A stretch of DNA of 63,514 nt, the filler included, from Rhabdomonas costata (taxonomy: Eukaryota), in NCBI GenBank assembly GCA_019059605.1. It is 50 parts of 50 records of this genome, joined end to end, with 100 filler letters (N's around TTAATTAATTAA, not from the genome) between each part and the next. Parts side by side here need not be neighbours in the genome. Positions count along the whole stretch, not along the records: positions 35,630 to 36,800 come from JAHMHO010025116.1; positions 36,901 to 38,072 come from JAHMHO010025117.1; positions 38,173 to 39,344 come from JAHMHO010025118.1; positions 39,445 to 40,616 come from JAHMHO010025119.1; positions 40,717 to 41,888 come from JAHMHO010025120.1; positions 41,989 to 43,160 come from JAHMHO010025121.1; positions 43,261 to 44,435 come from JAHMHO010025122.1; positions 44,536 to 45,707 come from JAHMHO010025123.1; 42 more parts are not named here. One strand, written 5' to 3'. Positions 36,337 through 49,623 of this stretch are shown here, piece by piece. Position 1 is the stretch's first letter. Every line of letters begins with the position of its first letter. The notes under the pieces were generated by a model that saw only the letters and a list, made by a program, of their open reading frames with translations, had not been told where the DNA came from and ran no database searches. A program made the position numbers and the translations under genes.

Positions 36337-37887
36337 CTGTGAAACACAGCCACGTCCTTGCCCTTGTCCCCACAGTGCATAGGCTTCCTTCATACAATCA
36401 AGGCGTGCATTGAGAACGTCAAGAACGGCTCTTAGCAGAACCTGTGCACGCCTGCATCCCGAGATGGTGCGCCGTAGAAATAGACTTTGCAGCGATGAGA
36501 AGTTGCCCCTTGCTGATTCCCCTTACTGATTGTGCAAATCCTTAAGGGAGAAGTAAGTCCTGAATGCAAATTCCGAAGAAAAAAACCGGCATTTTTGCAT
36601 AAAAGTCATGTTGATATGCCTGCAGCCTGCAGGCCAACAGCCAGTTGCATGGCCCCGGTCGCCGTGGGTGGTTTTTATAGATACTTGTGGGTGCTTCACC
36701 CTTACTCCGATGCCAATGTTCCATCCAATTGAACACTTTTCAGTTCGTGGGTTCAGCTGACAAGATTTTGAGCAGCTTCAGAGCAGTTCCAACAAAAAAC
36801 NNNNNNNNNNNNNNNNNNNNNNNNNNNNNNNNNNNNNNNNNNNNTTAATTAATTAANNNNNNNNNNNNNNNNNNNNNNNNNNNNNNNNNNNNNNNNNNNN
36901 CTTTTGTAAAGAAGTATTTGAGATTCCCTTTCTTTTGCTTTTTTTCCACCGGACGAACTGTCTCCCGAAGCTGGTCAGCATACGCAGGTCCGCAGGAACT
37001 TCGCCAAAGTTCGGACTTCACACAGCCGCACTCATTGCATTGCAGGCGGAGCCCTCCCCAAGCACAGCCCAGCCCCAGACCTTGGAGGGAGCCCCAGTGT
37101 GTGGGTGCTTTCGTTTAATGAGTTGACTTCCCCGTTCCTCTTCGAAGATACCCGCCTTTGACAGGGGGTTCACCTGCTTTTTGTCGCAACAAGGTTTGCG
37201 ACAAAATGCGAACACTTCTTTTTTAGCTTTCGGCAGGTTGTTTTTCCGGGACAGTTTCTCCCGGATGCAGTCAAGCGGGACAGCGATTTAGACAAGTGAG
37301 ATTAGTATTTAGAAAGGTGTTGCTGACACAAAATGGCTCTTGGACGACAGCGCCAATGATCAACAAACCAAGATTAATGGTTTTAAAATTGTAATAAAAC
37401 GAGGTTTTTAATGGGTGTTCAAATGGGAGTACCTCCCATGCAAAAAGGCGACGGCGGGAAAACAAGCCAAGCCATCCTAATATACCATTTTCTCAGTGGG
37501 TGATACGTGTCCACTCCCCAGGATGGCACCTATCCCTGTCCAGAAACCACACACACATGCCGAGGCAACTGCATGATGGAGGCTCGCAAGCTTTGTTTCA
37601 GAATGCGCACGTTCATCCGGCAGACTCCACACAGCAAGCAAACCAGCAGTGTGTCAAGCGCTCCACCCAACTCGCACACCCCAGCACATCCACACTCACA
37701 TATCAACGGGCACTCGGAAGGTGTCTCCCGCGAACACTAGTGGCCGACACCGGATGCCATCAGTCGATGGCGGGCACCAACAGCAAGTCCATCCATACAT
37801 CCATAGCCTGCTCTCGATGCGCCCAGTGTACCATGTATCACAAAGAGAGGGAGGGACACAAGCATTTTCTGTCTGCCTCGCGGATAG

Positions 37888-38005
37888 GTACAAGACTCAG
37901 CTGTGCCGATGTTGGGTGGAGGGCAGCGAGTGCCCCTTTGGGTCAAGCTGCGTGTTCGCCCACGGGGAGGATGAGCTGCGCCTCGAGGCGGACAATGTGG
38001 CCACC
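37888..38005 (+). CDS. CCCH zinc finger (TIS11/ZFP36-type RNA-binding)
   Basis: RYKTQLCRCWVEGSECPFGSSCVFAHGEDELR has the YKTxLC lead-in, C-x8-C-x5-C-x3-H and the G..ELR tail. Confidence 0.92.
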
Positions 38006-38682
38006 GTGGGAAACTCCAGGGTGCAGCGCGTGCGCAGTTTAGGTCGACGGAAGCACAGATTTACCCCCCACCNNNNNNNNNNNNNNNNNNNNNNNNNNNN
38101 NNNNNNNNNNNNNNNNTTAATTAATTAANNNNNNNNNNNNNNNNNNNNNNNNNNNNNNNNNNNNNNNNNNNNGGGGTGTGTGGGCACGTATAAAAATTGC
38201 ACATCATTGTCGCCAAAAAGGCAATGGTTGTGCGTGCCGTCGTGGGGGGCAGCGGGGATTGATAACGGCCGGGCTATTTTGCATGCACTGCAGGGCAACA
38301 GGTGTCTCACCAAGCCACTGCAGCACCCTGGATGCGCGAAGGTTGGGGTGCGGATGGGGGTGCAGGTCTAACTGCTGCGCTAGTTCGCCACGCAGGGAAA
38401 CTCCCGCGCAAAGGAGGGCTGTACAATGTTTTGGTGGCAACATAGTTGTTTCACCAATATATGCAGAATTTGGAAATAAACAGCTTCCAGGAAGTGGAGT
38501 GGCCATACGGCAGCGGGATGCAGCGGGGAGGGGATCTGCGAGGCGGTTTGCTGTTTGGGGATGTATACACTTCCCCCCGAGCCATTGCGCAGCATCCTAA
38601 CTGAACGCGCAAGCAGAGGGTTGTAAAATGGCTCCGGAGCATTCCATCCGGACCCCCCCCCCCCGGGATCCTTTGGGGAAAC

Positions 38683-39344
38683 CTGGCAGCAGTCGGAATG
38701 AAACACGGCGTGGGGCGCCAGCTCTGTCAGGGCCTGTCCCAGCCCAAGGACGTCCTGCACAGTGCCCGTCTCGTTGTTCACGGCGGCCAGGGAGACTAAA
38801 GCCACCCGGTCACCGTCTTTCTGGAGGCGGGAGCGGAGCCACTCCTCGCGGTACATCCCCTCACGATCCACAGGCACCAGCTCCGTGGTGTACCCTATGG
38901 GGTTTCGGATCAGACAAAAACTGGCACTTGCAGGTAAGGGTTTTGGCCACGCCGGAGAGAGGAAAAAGAAAAAGTGAATGCAAAGGGACTTTATAAATGT
39001 GAAGGAGCTAGCGAACTGGGATGAAAAATTCAGGAAATGAAAATCAGGTGACCAATGCACACGGTTTTCGGGGGTCTTCAGGGCAGAGCAAGTATTTGTG
39101 GATCCCGGAGTGATCAGTCAAAAAAATGAGCAGCACATAATTAACGGCACCAGTATTGTGAAGGAGTTATTTTCTGAGCAGTGAGCAGTGAGCAGTGAGC
39201 AGTAACACAAACATGCACACCCACACCGATACGACTCAGCTCTTGCTTCAGTTGCAGCACAGAGCTGTGCTCGGTAGAGACCACCAGTACCAAATCCCGG
39301 CGCAAGTCCTTCCGCAGAAACTTCGGGGGCACCGCAAGAGACCC
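38683..39344 (-). CDS. Cysteine desulfurase/selenocysteine lyase-like class V PLP enzyme exons
   Basis: VLVVSTEHSSVLQ...SRI|GYTTELVPVDREG...LVSLAAVNNETGTVQD...VFHSDCCQ; exons 39344-39227 and 38894-38683 join in phase. Confidence 0.88.
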
Positions 39345-40320
39345 NNNNNNNNNNNNNNNNNNNNNNNNNNNNNNNNNNNNNNNNNNNNTTAATTAATTAA
39401 NNNNNNNNNNNNNNNNNNNNNNNNNNNNNNNNNNNNNNNNNNNNGGTTTGTTACCTTCGACTGGTGTTCTCTCTTGAATCGGGGTTGCGTTTTTTTTAAG
39501 AACAGCGTTGTGGGGATCGTTTGATTTCGGCACTGCAGAAAAAGGCAGAATGGCCCGCACAGGTGTGCACATTCTGAACCTTCCTTATTTGCCTTCTTTT
39601 CCAAGGGGACGGGGTCAACCTGGCCAGCCGCCTGGAAGCCATGAACAAGGTTCGCCCTTTTCGTGGTTCATGGCTATACCGCAGTGTGCCAGGATTAGTG
39701 AGTGCTTGATCATTTCTGGGAATGCAGCGAGATACTACTGACCTGGACCCCCCTCCCCCGACCTGTTGGTTTTTTTTGCTTTTGTTTCCATGGTTTGCCG
39801 TGTAGCTCGCGCAACTTCCGGTGGACGTCATATTCTTTTTCACTCAATGCCATTCACTTCCTTCATCAATCGTGAGACGCGGGGCGTTTTCCCCCTGCAC
39901 TTTTCAGACGTCGAAATGCTCTGGAAAATCAGATATAGCATTTGGCGAGTAACGGAGTCCCTCTGTTACTCAGAAGCTCGGCACGGTGGCGCTTGTCTCG
40001 GGCACCACCAAGGAAGGTGCCCGTACGGCCTTCCGGTTCCGCCACGTCGCCACAATTACGGTGCCCGGCAAGGCCCAGGTGCTGCCGGTGTTCGAGCCGC
40101 TGTACGCCTTGCCCTGCACCGACACCTCTGGGGACGAAGAGCTTGAGATCCGCACGTCATTGTCTGGGGCAGGGCTCGTGACACCAGGAATGCTTCATCA
40201 AACACGTGTCCATTTTATCAGCTGCCCCCACACGCAAAAGGGAAGAGGTGGGGAAAGGGATGTGCGGGTCACACCATTCGGTCAGTTTTGCTGTCTACTT
40301 CTTCTGCAGAGGGCACACAG

Positions 40321-40612
40321 CCACACACACACCTTGCTCTCCTCTCTGTTTGTTTATTTTTGTTGGACTTTTTTTTTTCGTCTTTGCTATTTTTCTCATG
40401 ATAATGTGATCAACAGCGCGTGCGCCGTCAACCAGGCAACAGCCAGCGAGCAATGCTCCCAACATACACATGCACACACACAAACAAACAAGCAACCACA
40501 CACGCACCCCTTGCTTTCCTCTCTATTTATTTATTTTTGTTGGATTCTTTTTTATTTTTGTTGGATTTTTTTTCCTCTTTCCTGTGATCAACAGCGCGTG
40601 CGCCGTCAACCA
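40321..40612 (+). repeat. Imperfect tandem duplication, period about 178 nt
   Basis: An exact 30-mer TGTGATCAACAGCGCGTGCGCCGTCAACCA occurs at 40405-40434 and 40583-40612, each preceded by a similar CA-run and pyrimidine tract. Confidence 0.85.
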
Positions 40613-41056
40613 CACANNNNNNNNNNNNNNNNNNNNNNNNNNNNNNNNNNNNNNNNNNNNTTAATTAATTAANNNNNNNNNNNNNNNNNNNNNNNNNNNN
40701 NNNNNNNNNNNNNNNNGGTTGGTGGTATTGCTAACAGGCAAAAGATCATTACTGAAAGTGAAAGGCAGAATTTTTACCAACTAAAACACAAGACAGAAAA
40801 AAGTGCATCCTTCCTTTTGGGGCAAAAGTTGCAGGATTGGGTGTGGGCAGTGGTAGTGGGCAGAAAGTGACACAGAAACTCGTTTACGACGAGAGAACAG
40901 ACGACACAGAAAGTCCCACTTCATCGGGACCCGGAATAGGGACAAAGTGCATTGGTGAATATCCTGCGCACAACAGGGAACGCGCATTGTGGAGCCTCTC
41001 ACTGAATGTGCAATCCAGACCACCATGTCCCAGTAACCTTTGCTGCCCATTATAAC

Positions 41057-41832
41057 TCAAGGTGTAAGGGCGGCAAATGCCGCTGCAACCGCGTCACAAC
41101 CCAAGGGCGCGAGCGTGCTGGGCACACTGAGGAGATGCAGGTACAACGGCGCGGTCAGGCCCCACTTCGGGTGCATCAGCCCTACCCACTCCCCGGCGTT
41201 GTCGTGGTACCACCGCCCGGCGGGGTCCTCGGGCAGCACCGCAAGGTGGGCCTCGAAGTGCGCAATAGCCTCAGCAGAGCTTCCGCTTGCACAATTTCCA
41301 CTGTCTTCGCCTGACGGAGACAGCAGGGCTCTCACTCCGAGCTCAAAGTGGCGATGTCGGACTACCTCATTCTCCTGCAACGGCACAGTGAAGCACCCAA
41401 ACAAATTAGAAACTCGGTGCTTCCTATGGTACAGCCGAGGCAACGCTTTTGAGAAGACAACCCATAAAAACACACAGGCAGGGGGGAACGACGGCGAAGG
41501 ATGGCAGGAAGAAGACCATGGGTGGAAAAAGTCGTTCTGGCGGTGCTGGTGGACACAAGTCAAAAAAGACTACATGATTCACAAATGATTGACAAAACCA
41601 AACAAGACCAAGAAACCTATAACCAAAAGGGAAAAGAGGGCCCCATCCCAAAGCAGCTCAAAGCAGTGACCTTCTCCTGGAGCTGGTACATCCATTCGTC
41701 GTCGGCCTGCTGCAGCCCCCCGATGACCTCGTAGGCCTTCTCCACTTTGCCCTCCACCAGAGGCAGCACAAGGGCCAGCCGGCACTGCACACTGATGCTG
41801 ATCTGGGAGTAGATCGAGTGGTCGACCAGGAT
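41057..41832 (-). CDS. C-terminal exons of a class III nucleotide-cyclase-like protein
   Basis: ILVDHSIYSQI...VEGKVEKAYEV resembles the end of a cyclase core. It is followed by DDEWMYQLQE and a helical AIAHFEAHL...PEDP tail, a motif I associate with protist receptor cyclase-like proteins. Exons 41832-41671 and 41374-41057. Confidence 0.65.
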
Positions 41833-43292
41833 CTGACCGCATTCACACACACACAGACATATGCACAAACACAGCGACACACAACCAANNNNNNNNNNNN
41901 NNNNNNNNNNNNNNNNNNNNNNNNNNNNNNNNTTAATTAATTAANNNNNNNNNNNNNNNNNNNNNNNNNNNNNNNNNNNNNNNNNNNNGTGGGGGTTTTC
42001 CCTCGTCCACTGAGCAACTTGTGCGGTACCCGTGCAGCATCCTTCCCCGCCAGCCTCCTATTCCCTGATGCCATTTTTCGTTGCTGTCCCCTGAAATCGA
42101 ACTACACCTTTCACGTTTTCACTGCTTTCGCTGAATGATCGATTTAATTTGGTTGAAATTCACTGACCAAAAGAACGGCGTGGATGGAACGTGTACCTTT
42201 CTCTTTTCCATCTTTCTCTCTCATCGTTTGATGGATTTCTCCTCATAACTCAGAACTCGGATTGCCATCTACACGCACGCACGTGATGTTGTCAGCTTGG
42301 CTATGGTGTGGGTAAAACTGGACCTTCAGTGTGGATTCTGGAGTGCTTTCCGAATGCCCTCCTACTCACCCACTCTGTTTGTCCTTTAGGCCTCCGCGCT
42401 TGGAACTGGTTTCGGGAATCGTTGCAAGCCCTTAGCTGACTTGGGAGTTGCAGAGATGGATTTAGCCTCTCTGCAGCAATTTTTCCTCATCTCTTTCAGT
42501 TTCAAGTCTCCACACAAACGCACACGCACAAAGCCGTTCGGGGTCAGCATTCGTCTGATGAGGGGTAGAATCGCAGACTGAGCCGAATGAGGAGTACCCC
42601 GCACAACGAGCCATAGAGCAAAGTCCGGCCCACAGCGCCACAAACACACACGCAGCATATGGCTTCTTTTCGCCTTTTCACTTTTGCTCTTCTCGTGTCC
42701 CTGGGTGTCTGGGGAGATCACCTTAAGGCCAAAGGTGCAGCATACTTGTGGCTGGATCACAGTGAAAAATGTGTTTGTCACCCTTCTGCCTCGCAGCCTC
42801 CTGTCAGTGTATCTGTGCAGACCACCTGTTATCCGCTTTTCTTGACGTCTCACTGGTCTGTGCCCCCCCCCCCTTCCTCGGTCCCAACTTATGGTACCGG
42901 GGGCGGGGGATTTGGCCGTGGGATCGATTTGCCTTGCTAAGTGCTGAGGCCGAACCGAAAACCCTCCTTTTGGTTCAGTTACTCAACTTAGTCAACTATT
43001 TTGGCCCAAATGGTAACCGCTTGCTCCGACCGGTCCCCGGTGGGGGACCCGAACGCCCCAGCCCAACCTCACACGCCGCCATCCCCAACGCCGTCTTCCT
43101 TCCGCTCTGCCGCCTGCATGCTGCCTTCACCCCACCACACCCAAACACACCCCACACCACNNNNNNNNNNNNNNNNNNNNNNNNNNNNNNNNNNNNNNNN
43201 NNNNTTAATTAATTAANNNNNNNNNNNNNNNNNNNNNNNNNNNNNNNNNNNNNNNNNNNNGGGGTGTTGGGTCAGTCTGGCATTTAACAAAA

Positions 43293-43293
<1 letters not shown>

Positions 43294-43331
<38 letters not shown>
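43294..43331. repeat. (CA)n microsatellite
   Basis: Uninterrupted AC/CA run; shorter runs also occur near 29621, 35764 and 50148. Confidence 0.95.
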
Positions 43332-43334
<3 letters not shown>

Positions 43335-45109
43335 GGAAGAGGCATACCGCATCCGTAGGGTGGGACGGCTGACAAGTATAGGACCGGCATCCCTGATCCA
43401 GGATTCCCGGCGCTCAAGAAACTCCACATGGCGAGCCTGCACGTGAGGCAGTGCATGCTTCAAAACATTGATAAAAGCCAAGAATAGACAGAGAAACACT
43501 TGTGATTTTGCATACGGGCGTTGACACAAAGTCTGCGAGGAGCTCGAAGTATTTCCAAAGGTTTTCAGCGGAGACTGCATAGCTTCGGCCATTCTCAACT
43601 CCCACACCCTCAGGTTCCGCTTGAAGAAATCCAAACCGCCACACAATCATATCATTCTCTGTCCGTTTCTTAATTGTTCTCCACAACCACCGCCTGGGCT
43701 TCCTTCCTCAATCACATTCTTCCATCCTTATCTTCTCTTCCGTACAGTTTTCCAAAACCCAACCCCATCTCTCACTGCCCAATCCCATCTGAGTTGGAAT
43801 ATCTTCAGATTCTGCTGTAAATTGCTTTGCATTTTGTGTGGAACTCGGCACCCCCTGTATGTTGCGGGGGCCTGTCTGGGCTTGTCTTGTGTTGAGCACG
43901 CATCCCTGGGCACCTGAAAGTGCTTTAGGACCCCCCGTGCAAGCACCCAGGCTGCGCGCGTGTTAACTAGGACACCTTTTTCTTTTTTCTTTATTTACAC
44001 CTTTTTCTTTTTTTACCCTTTTGTTTCCCGTTTTCCCCTTCGTTCCAGTCACCCGAACCAAAAGCGGTGGCCAGAAGGGAAAATCAATATGATCTCAACG
44101 AGCTCCTTTGAAAAAAGGTCCTATGCAAGTATAAATATAGTGTTGAGCAAGTCGGGGTACTATAACCGGAACCGGGCTGAAGTGCTCTGGCAACTCACAA
44201 TGCGAAACAAGAGAGAGACTGGGGCAGACCCTGCTCGCCGGAGAAGGTGACCTTGCCATCTCTCACGGGTGTAGTTCAAACACCCGTCCCAATTCGAAAC
44301 CCGACAACAGGAAATGAACCCCCCAAAACTTCAGAATATCACACTGAGGGAGGAATTGTGGAAAATGAAACGAAGAAATGAAACACGCTCACCTCACGCT
44401 GCTAAGGGAAGTTCTTACAGTATAGACCAAACAAANNNNNNNNNNNNNNNNNNNNNNNNNNNNNNNNNNNNNNNNNNNNTTAATTAATTAANNNNNNNNN
44501 NNNNNNNNNNNNNNNNNNNNNNNNNNNNNNNNNNNTTCTGCAGAGGGTTTTTTCATTATTTTTTACTTTTTGAAATTGGGGCTTTTTCGCGGACGCCGTT
44601 TTGATGGGTTTGACCTGTTATTCAAGTTGGCGCCTGCTTTTGTTGCTGCTGGCGGGGTGGTTTTTCTTCCCCGTTTGTTCATCTCATTTGAAGTTCATTC
44701 ACGCTGCGCAGTGCCACCTTTTAAAGCGTCAAACCCAGGTATATGCCTCCCGCTCTCTCTCTCTCTCTCTTCCTTTCCTTTTCTGTGACAGGTAACACTT
44801 CTTTCTCTTTTAGCTGATTTGGAGGGGTCCTTCCGGGTTCGCCCAGGTTGCCTTTTCAACTTCCTCCGGACCCTCACCCACCGGTCGGGACCTTCTTCTG
44901 AGTAATTGTAATTGGCAGTGCATGAACACAACATGCATTGCACCATTTCTGTCGTGTGCAAAGGAAACGAAATCAAGGGACGTATGCGCCCGAGTTGGGC
45001 TTGCAGTCTCTATCACCAGTGAGGAGATACCAAGCAAGTGCAAAGCAAATACAATCCAGACAGCAGATAGCAGATATGAACGCTTCTTGTCCATTGTTTA
45101 TGATTCAAG

Positions 45110-45330
45110 AAAACGGGGGGGGGGATCGCCTCACTCAGTCTTTGAGGGATTGGGGCGACCCGCGCACCTCCGTGGGGAACCTCTACAGTACCTGGGTGGA
45201 GAGTTACCCCGGTGCGTTTTACCCGCTCTCTCCGGATTACAACTGCCCTGACGAGCTCTACCTGGGGGACCGCATCGACGGCGCGAAGTGGGTTTGTGGG
45301 GCGGAGCGGCTGCCCCGACAACACTGCGTG
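45110..45330 (+). CDS. METTL24/Methyltransf_22-like methyltransferase exon
   Basis: PDYNCPDELYLGDRIDGAKWVCGAERLPRQHCVV matches the pattern 'CP....G...DGGKWVC......CVVYS'; donor gtactc. Confidence 0.78.
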
Positions 45331-48300
45331 GTACTCCACCCCCTTCTCTTCTCTCAGTAGTCCAGGCAATGCGTCGGCCCAAATAAACTTCAGGGGGGAT
45401 GAGCAGCTCCATCTTTTTCCTCTGCATGATATTTTTAGCAGGCTACACTGCTAATTGAGAGATTACAACCTTTCGCAGAAGATACAGCACATGCTACCAA
45501 AGCTCTGTGGCATAAATACAAGCCAAAAAGGAACGCGCAAAAAATCTGGACTCTCAGGGGAGGGGGGGAACAGCCTTCATGGGTTTGTACGTGTGGCTGA
45601 AAACAAGGTAGAAGATGTCGCAGAGAGGTGGTGATACATGTGTGGCCTAAAACAGCACAGAACATGTGAAGATGTGGCATGGGGTTGGGATGTGGAACGT
45701 GGCCCTTNNNNNNNNNNNNNNNNNNNNNNNNNNNNNNNNNNNNNNNNNNNNTTAATTAATTAANNNNNNNNNNNNNNNNNNNNNNNNNNNNNNNNNNNNN
45801 NNNNNNNTGTTGGGTGGGGGGTCGTTCAGGGAGGAGGGGATGATAAAACTGAGTGGGACTTACACTTACACTTTACATGGGAGCAGTGAAAAAGACAAAA
45901 TGGACGGCAGTGACAAGTGAGACACAAGTGGAGCAAAGGAAATGGAAGGATACCCGCTGAAGCAATATGTGTGTTGATGTGTTGATGACAACATCAATTG
46001 CTAGACTTAACAATTTGGAACACTGGAGAAACCGCACGAACCGAAGGTGACGCCGCAATGCCACCCCACTGCGAAGCTGTGTCGGTGGAGAACAACAGCA
46101 TGTGCATCTCCATGTACTCCTCCCACCTGGAGAAGGGGAGGAGGAGTACACTGCGCCAGAGCAAGAAGACCATTGTTCAAGTGGTTTGCAAGTTTTCCCA
46201 ATTTTCAGTGCACCGCTTTTCCTGCCTCCCACAAATCTTCTTTTTTTTTCGAGCACGATTCGGAGCTCTGAAGCTTCACGCGTGCGCTGGGAGCGGTGGG
46301 AGATTGGGGCGGAGGGAGGCCCACCACAAGCGGTGCGCGGGGCCGTACTCGATGAACTCTTCCTTGATGACGCCCTGAAGGTGGCTAGGGTTGTACCAGG
46401 GCTTGAATTCTCCGCGGAAGTGATATCCGCCCACTCCTTTGAGATTCTGGGGAGAAGACACGAGACAGACAAAACGTATGTGTGAAACGTCCACGTGCCA
46501 CCTGTGATCACTGTGATCGCGATGAGAGAAAATCACTGGGACCAGCAGACCGGCAGTCGAGCGTTTCGAAAACGCCCATCTCGTGGTGAGGAGATGCCCG
46601 CTGGGGGCGCGAGCGTGAGGAAAAGGCCTTGCCCATTGGGATGAGAGACATAGGGACCCCGTTTACGGGTTTCCAGTGTTTCCCCCCGCAGAGCAGCCAG
46701 CGCCGTATCCTAGGACTCTGCTCAACCATCTTTCGGGCACCATCCCCAAAGAGAGAGAACAATGCAACACAACCACCTGAAACACTTCGGGGTCATTGGA
46801 TATTTTCGCATTTGGGCTGCCAACCACTTTGTGCGCTGGACCGGAAACAAACTACAAAGACAATGACAAAGAGTGTGTGAAGTGAGCGGGTTAGTGAGTG
46901 AGCGAGCGAGTGAGTGACCATTCCTGCCAAGGGCGACGGTACTGGCTGAAGACCTGGGTGAGGGGCACAAACTTGCCCTNNNNNNNNNNNNNNNNNNNNN
47001 NNNNNNNNNNNNNNNNNNNNNNNTTAATTAATTAANNNNNNNNNNNNNNNNNNNNNNNNNNNNNNNNNNNNNNNNNNNNGTTTTTGGGTATATTCTGCTA
47101 CCTGTAAACATGTTTATGTTTAATGTGTAATCCACGGCTGAGAGAAAAGCCGCACCCACCGCTGCATGAGCGAGGGCCTCACTCAGCGCCACATCTTTGG
47201 CGGCCAGCTCCGCTCGGCAGGCCGCGAGATCCCTCTGCAACGTCGCCGTGAAGTCCAGGGGGCTCTGAACAAGAGGCACACCGGCAGAGAGAGACAGATA
47301 GAGAGATCAAAGATCGTGTACAGGCTACGCGAGGCACACAAAAAACACCTCTAGGGACGAACCAGGCAGGGAGTTACAGCCAGCAAAATACTGAACTCGC
47401 TCAGCGAAGTTGTGCTTTGTTAGTAGTTCGCTCGGCTGACGGCCGTATCTAGCAGCCCCACTCGATCACTGGGGTCTGTGCAAAAGCTCTTCCGAATGGA
47501 AATGCTGCAACGTGGACGGAGCTTCAGTGTGAAAGCAGCGTGAAGTGGCAGAGAGAGATTGGATGAGAACGGTGTCCCCAGTAATTCCGATTGAAATCCC
47601 TTCATACGTAGGAAATCCCATTGGACGCAAACAACTCAATATGAAGGAGGGGGCTGCCGCAGTTTTCTTAACCCCTATTTTTGGCAACACATCATCGATG
47701 GCGGGCCCAGGCCCAGGTTACCCAAACCCCTCAGAAAAAGCTCTAAAATAAAAAGGTTCCATTTTTAAGATGTTACGTGAAAGTCACTCCTTTGCATGAC
47801 CACACCACCACCTTGACACGTCACGCAGGGATCCCCATATTCTCGTTGATTTTTGAAGCATTCGGTAAAAATTGTATTTTTGTCGCATTTTCCGTAATTT
47901 TGGGCGGATAGTAATTTTCATAATTCCGGTATTGCTCCGAAATCTTCTTATTTTGTTCTGGCGTTTCTCCATTCTGCATATGCCTGCATGAGAAAAGGCA
48001 AAGAGCAGAGAAAACGGCAAAAATCAGAGACGACGGTCTCGTCTGCTTGGAAAAAAGTTGATGCTGACAGCAGTACAAGCCATCAAGCTCTGGTGCACCG
48101 GGAATAGAAGTGCAGCGTTATCTGGCTCAGCGCATCCTCAGTCCCAAAACGTTTAAGGCTGCAAAACGTTTACCCACTCACCCACCCACCCGTGCGCTCC
48201 AGCCCCCCTCTGCGGAAAAAAGCCATTGCAGTTTTGTGGTCGACAAATGAANNNNNNNNNNNNNNNNNNNNNNNNNNNNNNNNNNNNNNNNNNNNTTAAT

Positions 48301-48692
48301 TAATTAANNNNNNNNNNNNNNNNNNNNNNNNNNNNNNNNNNNNNNNNNNNNGGGGGGTTGGTCTTTCAAAAAAAATTTTCCGTGAGACCGCACAATGTGC
48401 CCCACTTTCCTTTTTTTTGAAAGACCAACCCATCGCGAAAAAGACATGTGAGAGTCGAGCGGTTCCAGAGAGGGCATGCATCCCATTTTCTGATGCACGA
48501 ATTACTCAGCAATCGGAATCTTAGTCGAGTGCAGATTTAACCTTTTTTGGAACCTACACTTTAAGGACGTCTCCTTTTGAACCAATCAATTTCTGATACG
48601 ATTTCAGTGGGCACATATAAGCACAGAATGAGCGAAACTGAAAAATTCAAGGTCACTAACGGTGCGTTCCTCTCATTGAATGAATCCTGCAG

Positions 48693-49523
48693 GGGTTCCA
48701 ACGAGCTTGTGAGGCACATCCAGAACAACTCTCGGATTGCCGTGCTGGGTCACGCGGACGGGATCTGTCACGTCTTTGTTGACCAGGCCGCAGATTTGGA
48801 AAAGGCGAAGCAGGTCGAGCGCTGGGTGCACCGAGCGGAGGCTTCCTTTTTCGCACCCGTGTTTCCTGGGATCATTTTCTAGCTGGCACCCGTGTGTCCC
48901 AAAGTGTCATTGGTCTTGGTTTTGTGATAACCCACTTCCCACTTCATTGGTTTTTCGCAAGGGAAAATCGCAGCCCAAGGAATATCTCACACACGTCTTC
49001 TTGGTTTCCCCATAAGCCCCCGCTCCACCCTGATGACTGCAGTCCATCTCAGAAATGAGCACAGGTACATATGCACACCCATGTGCCCTTTTCTCGGTTT
49101 TCGCAAGGTTGTGGTAGATTCGAAGTGCGACTACCCCGCGGCGTGCAACGCCATGGAGACCCTGCTGCTGCACCAGAGCTGGCTGGCCGACGGCAGGGCC
49201 CAGGCCTTGGTTGCCGCACTGCGGGAGAAAGGAGTGAAGCTGCACGGTGGCCCCGTGGCGGCGCCTGTTCTCGGGCTTGAGGTCCCTCTTTCGCCTTTGT
49301 TTATCTCTTTATTGAGCGAGTGTTATGGGTAGAATGGACTTTCAGTTCTAGTCCCCCGCTGCACTCTCTTCTTGGCTTTTTGTTGCTGTTGTGGTAGTGT
49401 GGTGGCTGCCCTCGATGCGTCTCACTTTCTTGTTCTCTCTCGCTGGGGCGTGTAGCCCACCACCTCGTTCCATGTGGAGTACGGCCGGCTGGAGTGCCTC
49501 GTGGAGGCCGTGCCTGGGGTGCA
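48693..49523 (+). CDS. Gamma-glutamyl phosphate reductase domain (P5CS/ProA)
   Basis: Exons 48693-48813, 49108-49281 and 49456 to the contig end: [11 protein letters not shown]...[14 protein letters not shown]...|[22 protein letters not shown]...|FHVEYG. Confidence 0.96.
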
Positions 49524-49623
49524 NNNNNNNNNNNNNNNNNNNNNNNNNNNNNNNNNNNNNNNNNNNNTTAATTAATTAANNNNNNNNNNNNNNNNNNNNN
49601 NNNNNNNNNNNNNNNNNNNNNNN

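Noticed and set aside
39176-39203. Short tandem repeats: (GAGCAGT)4 here and (CCATGATG)3 at 20683-20706
   Set aside because: Ordinary simple repeats, apparently non-coding, with no further structure.
43370-43436. ESWIRDAGPILV resembling the agmatine deiminase W.RD.GP motif
   Set aside because: A GT donor falls inside the motif, so GPILV may be intronic, and no other deiminase motifs are visible.
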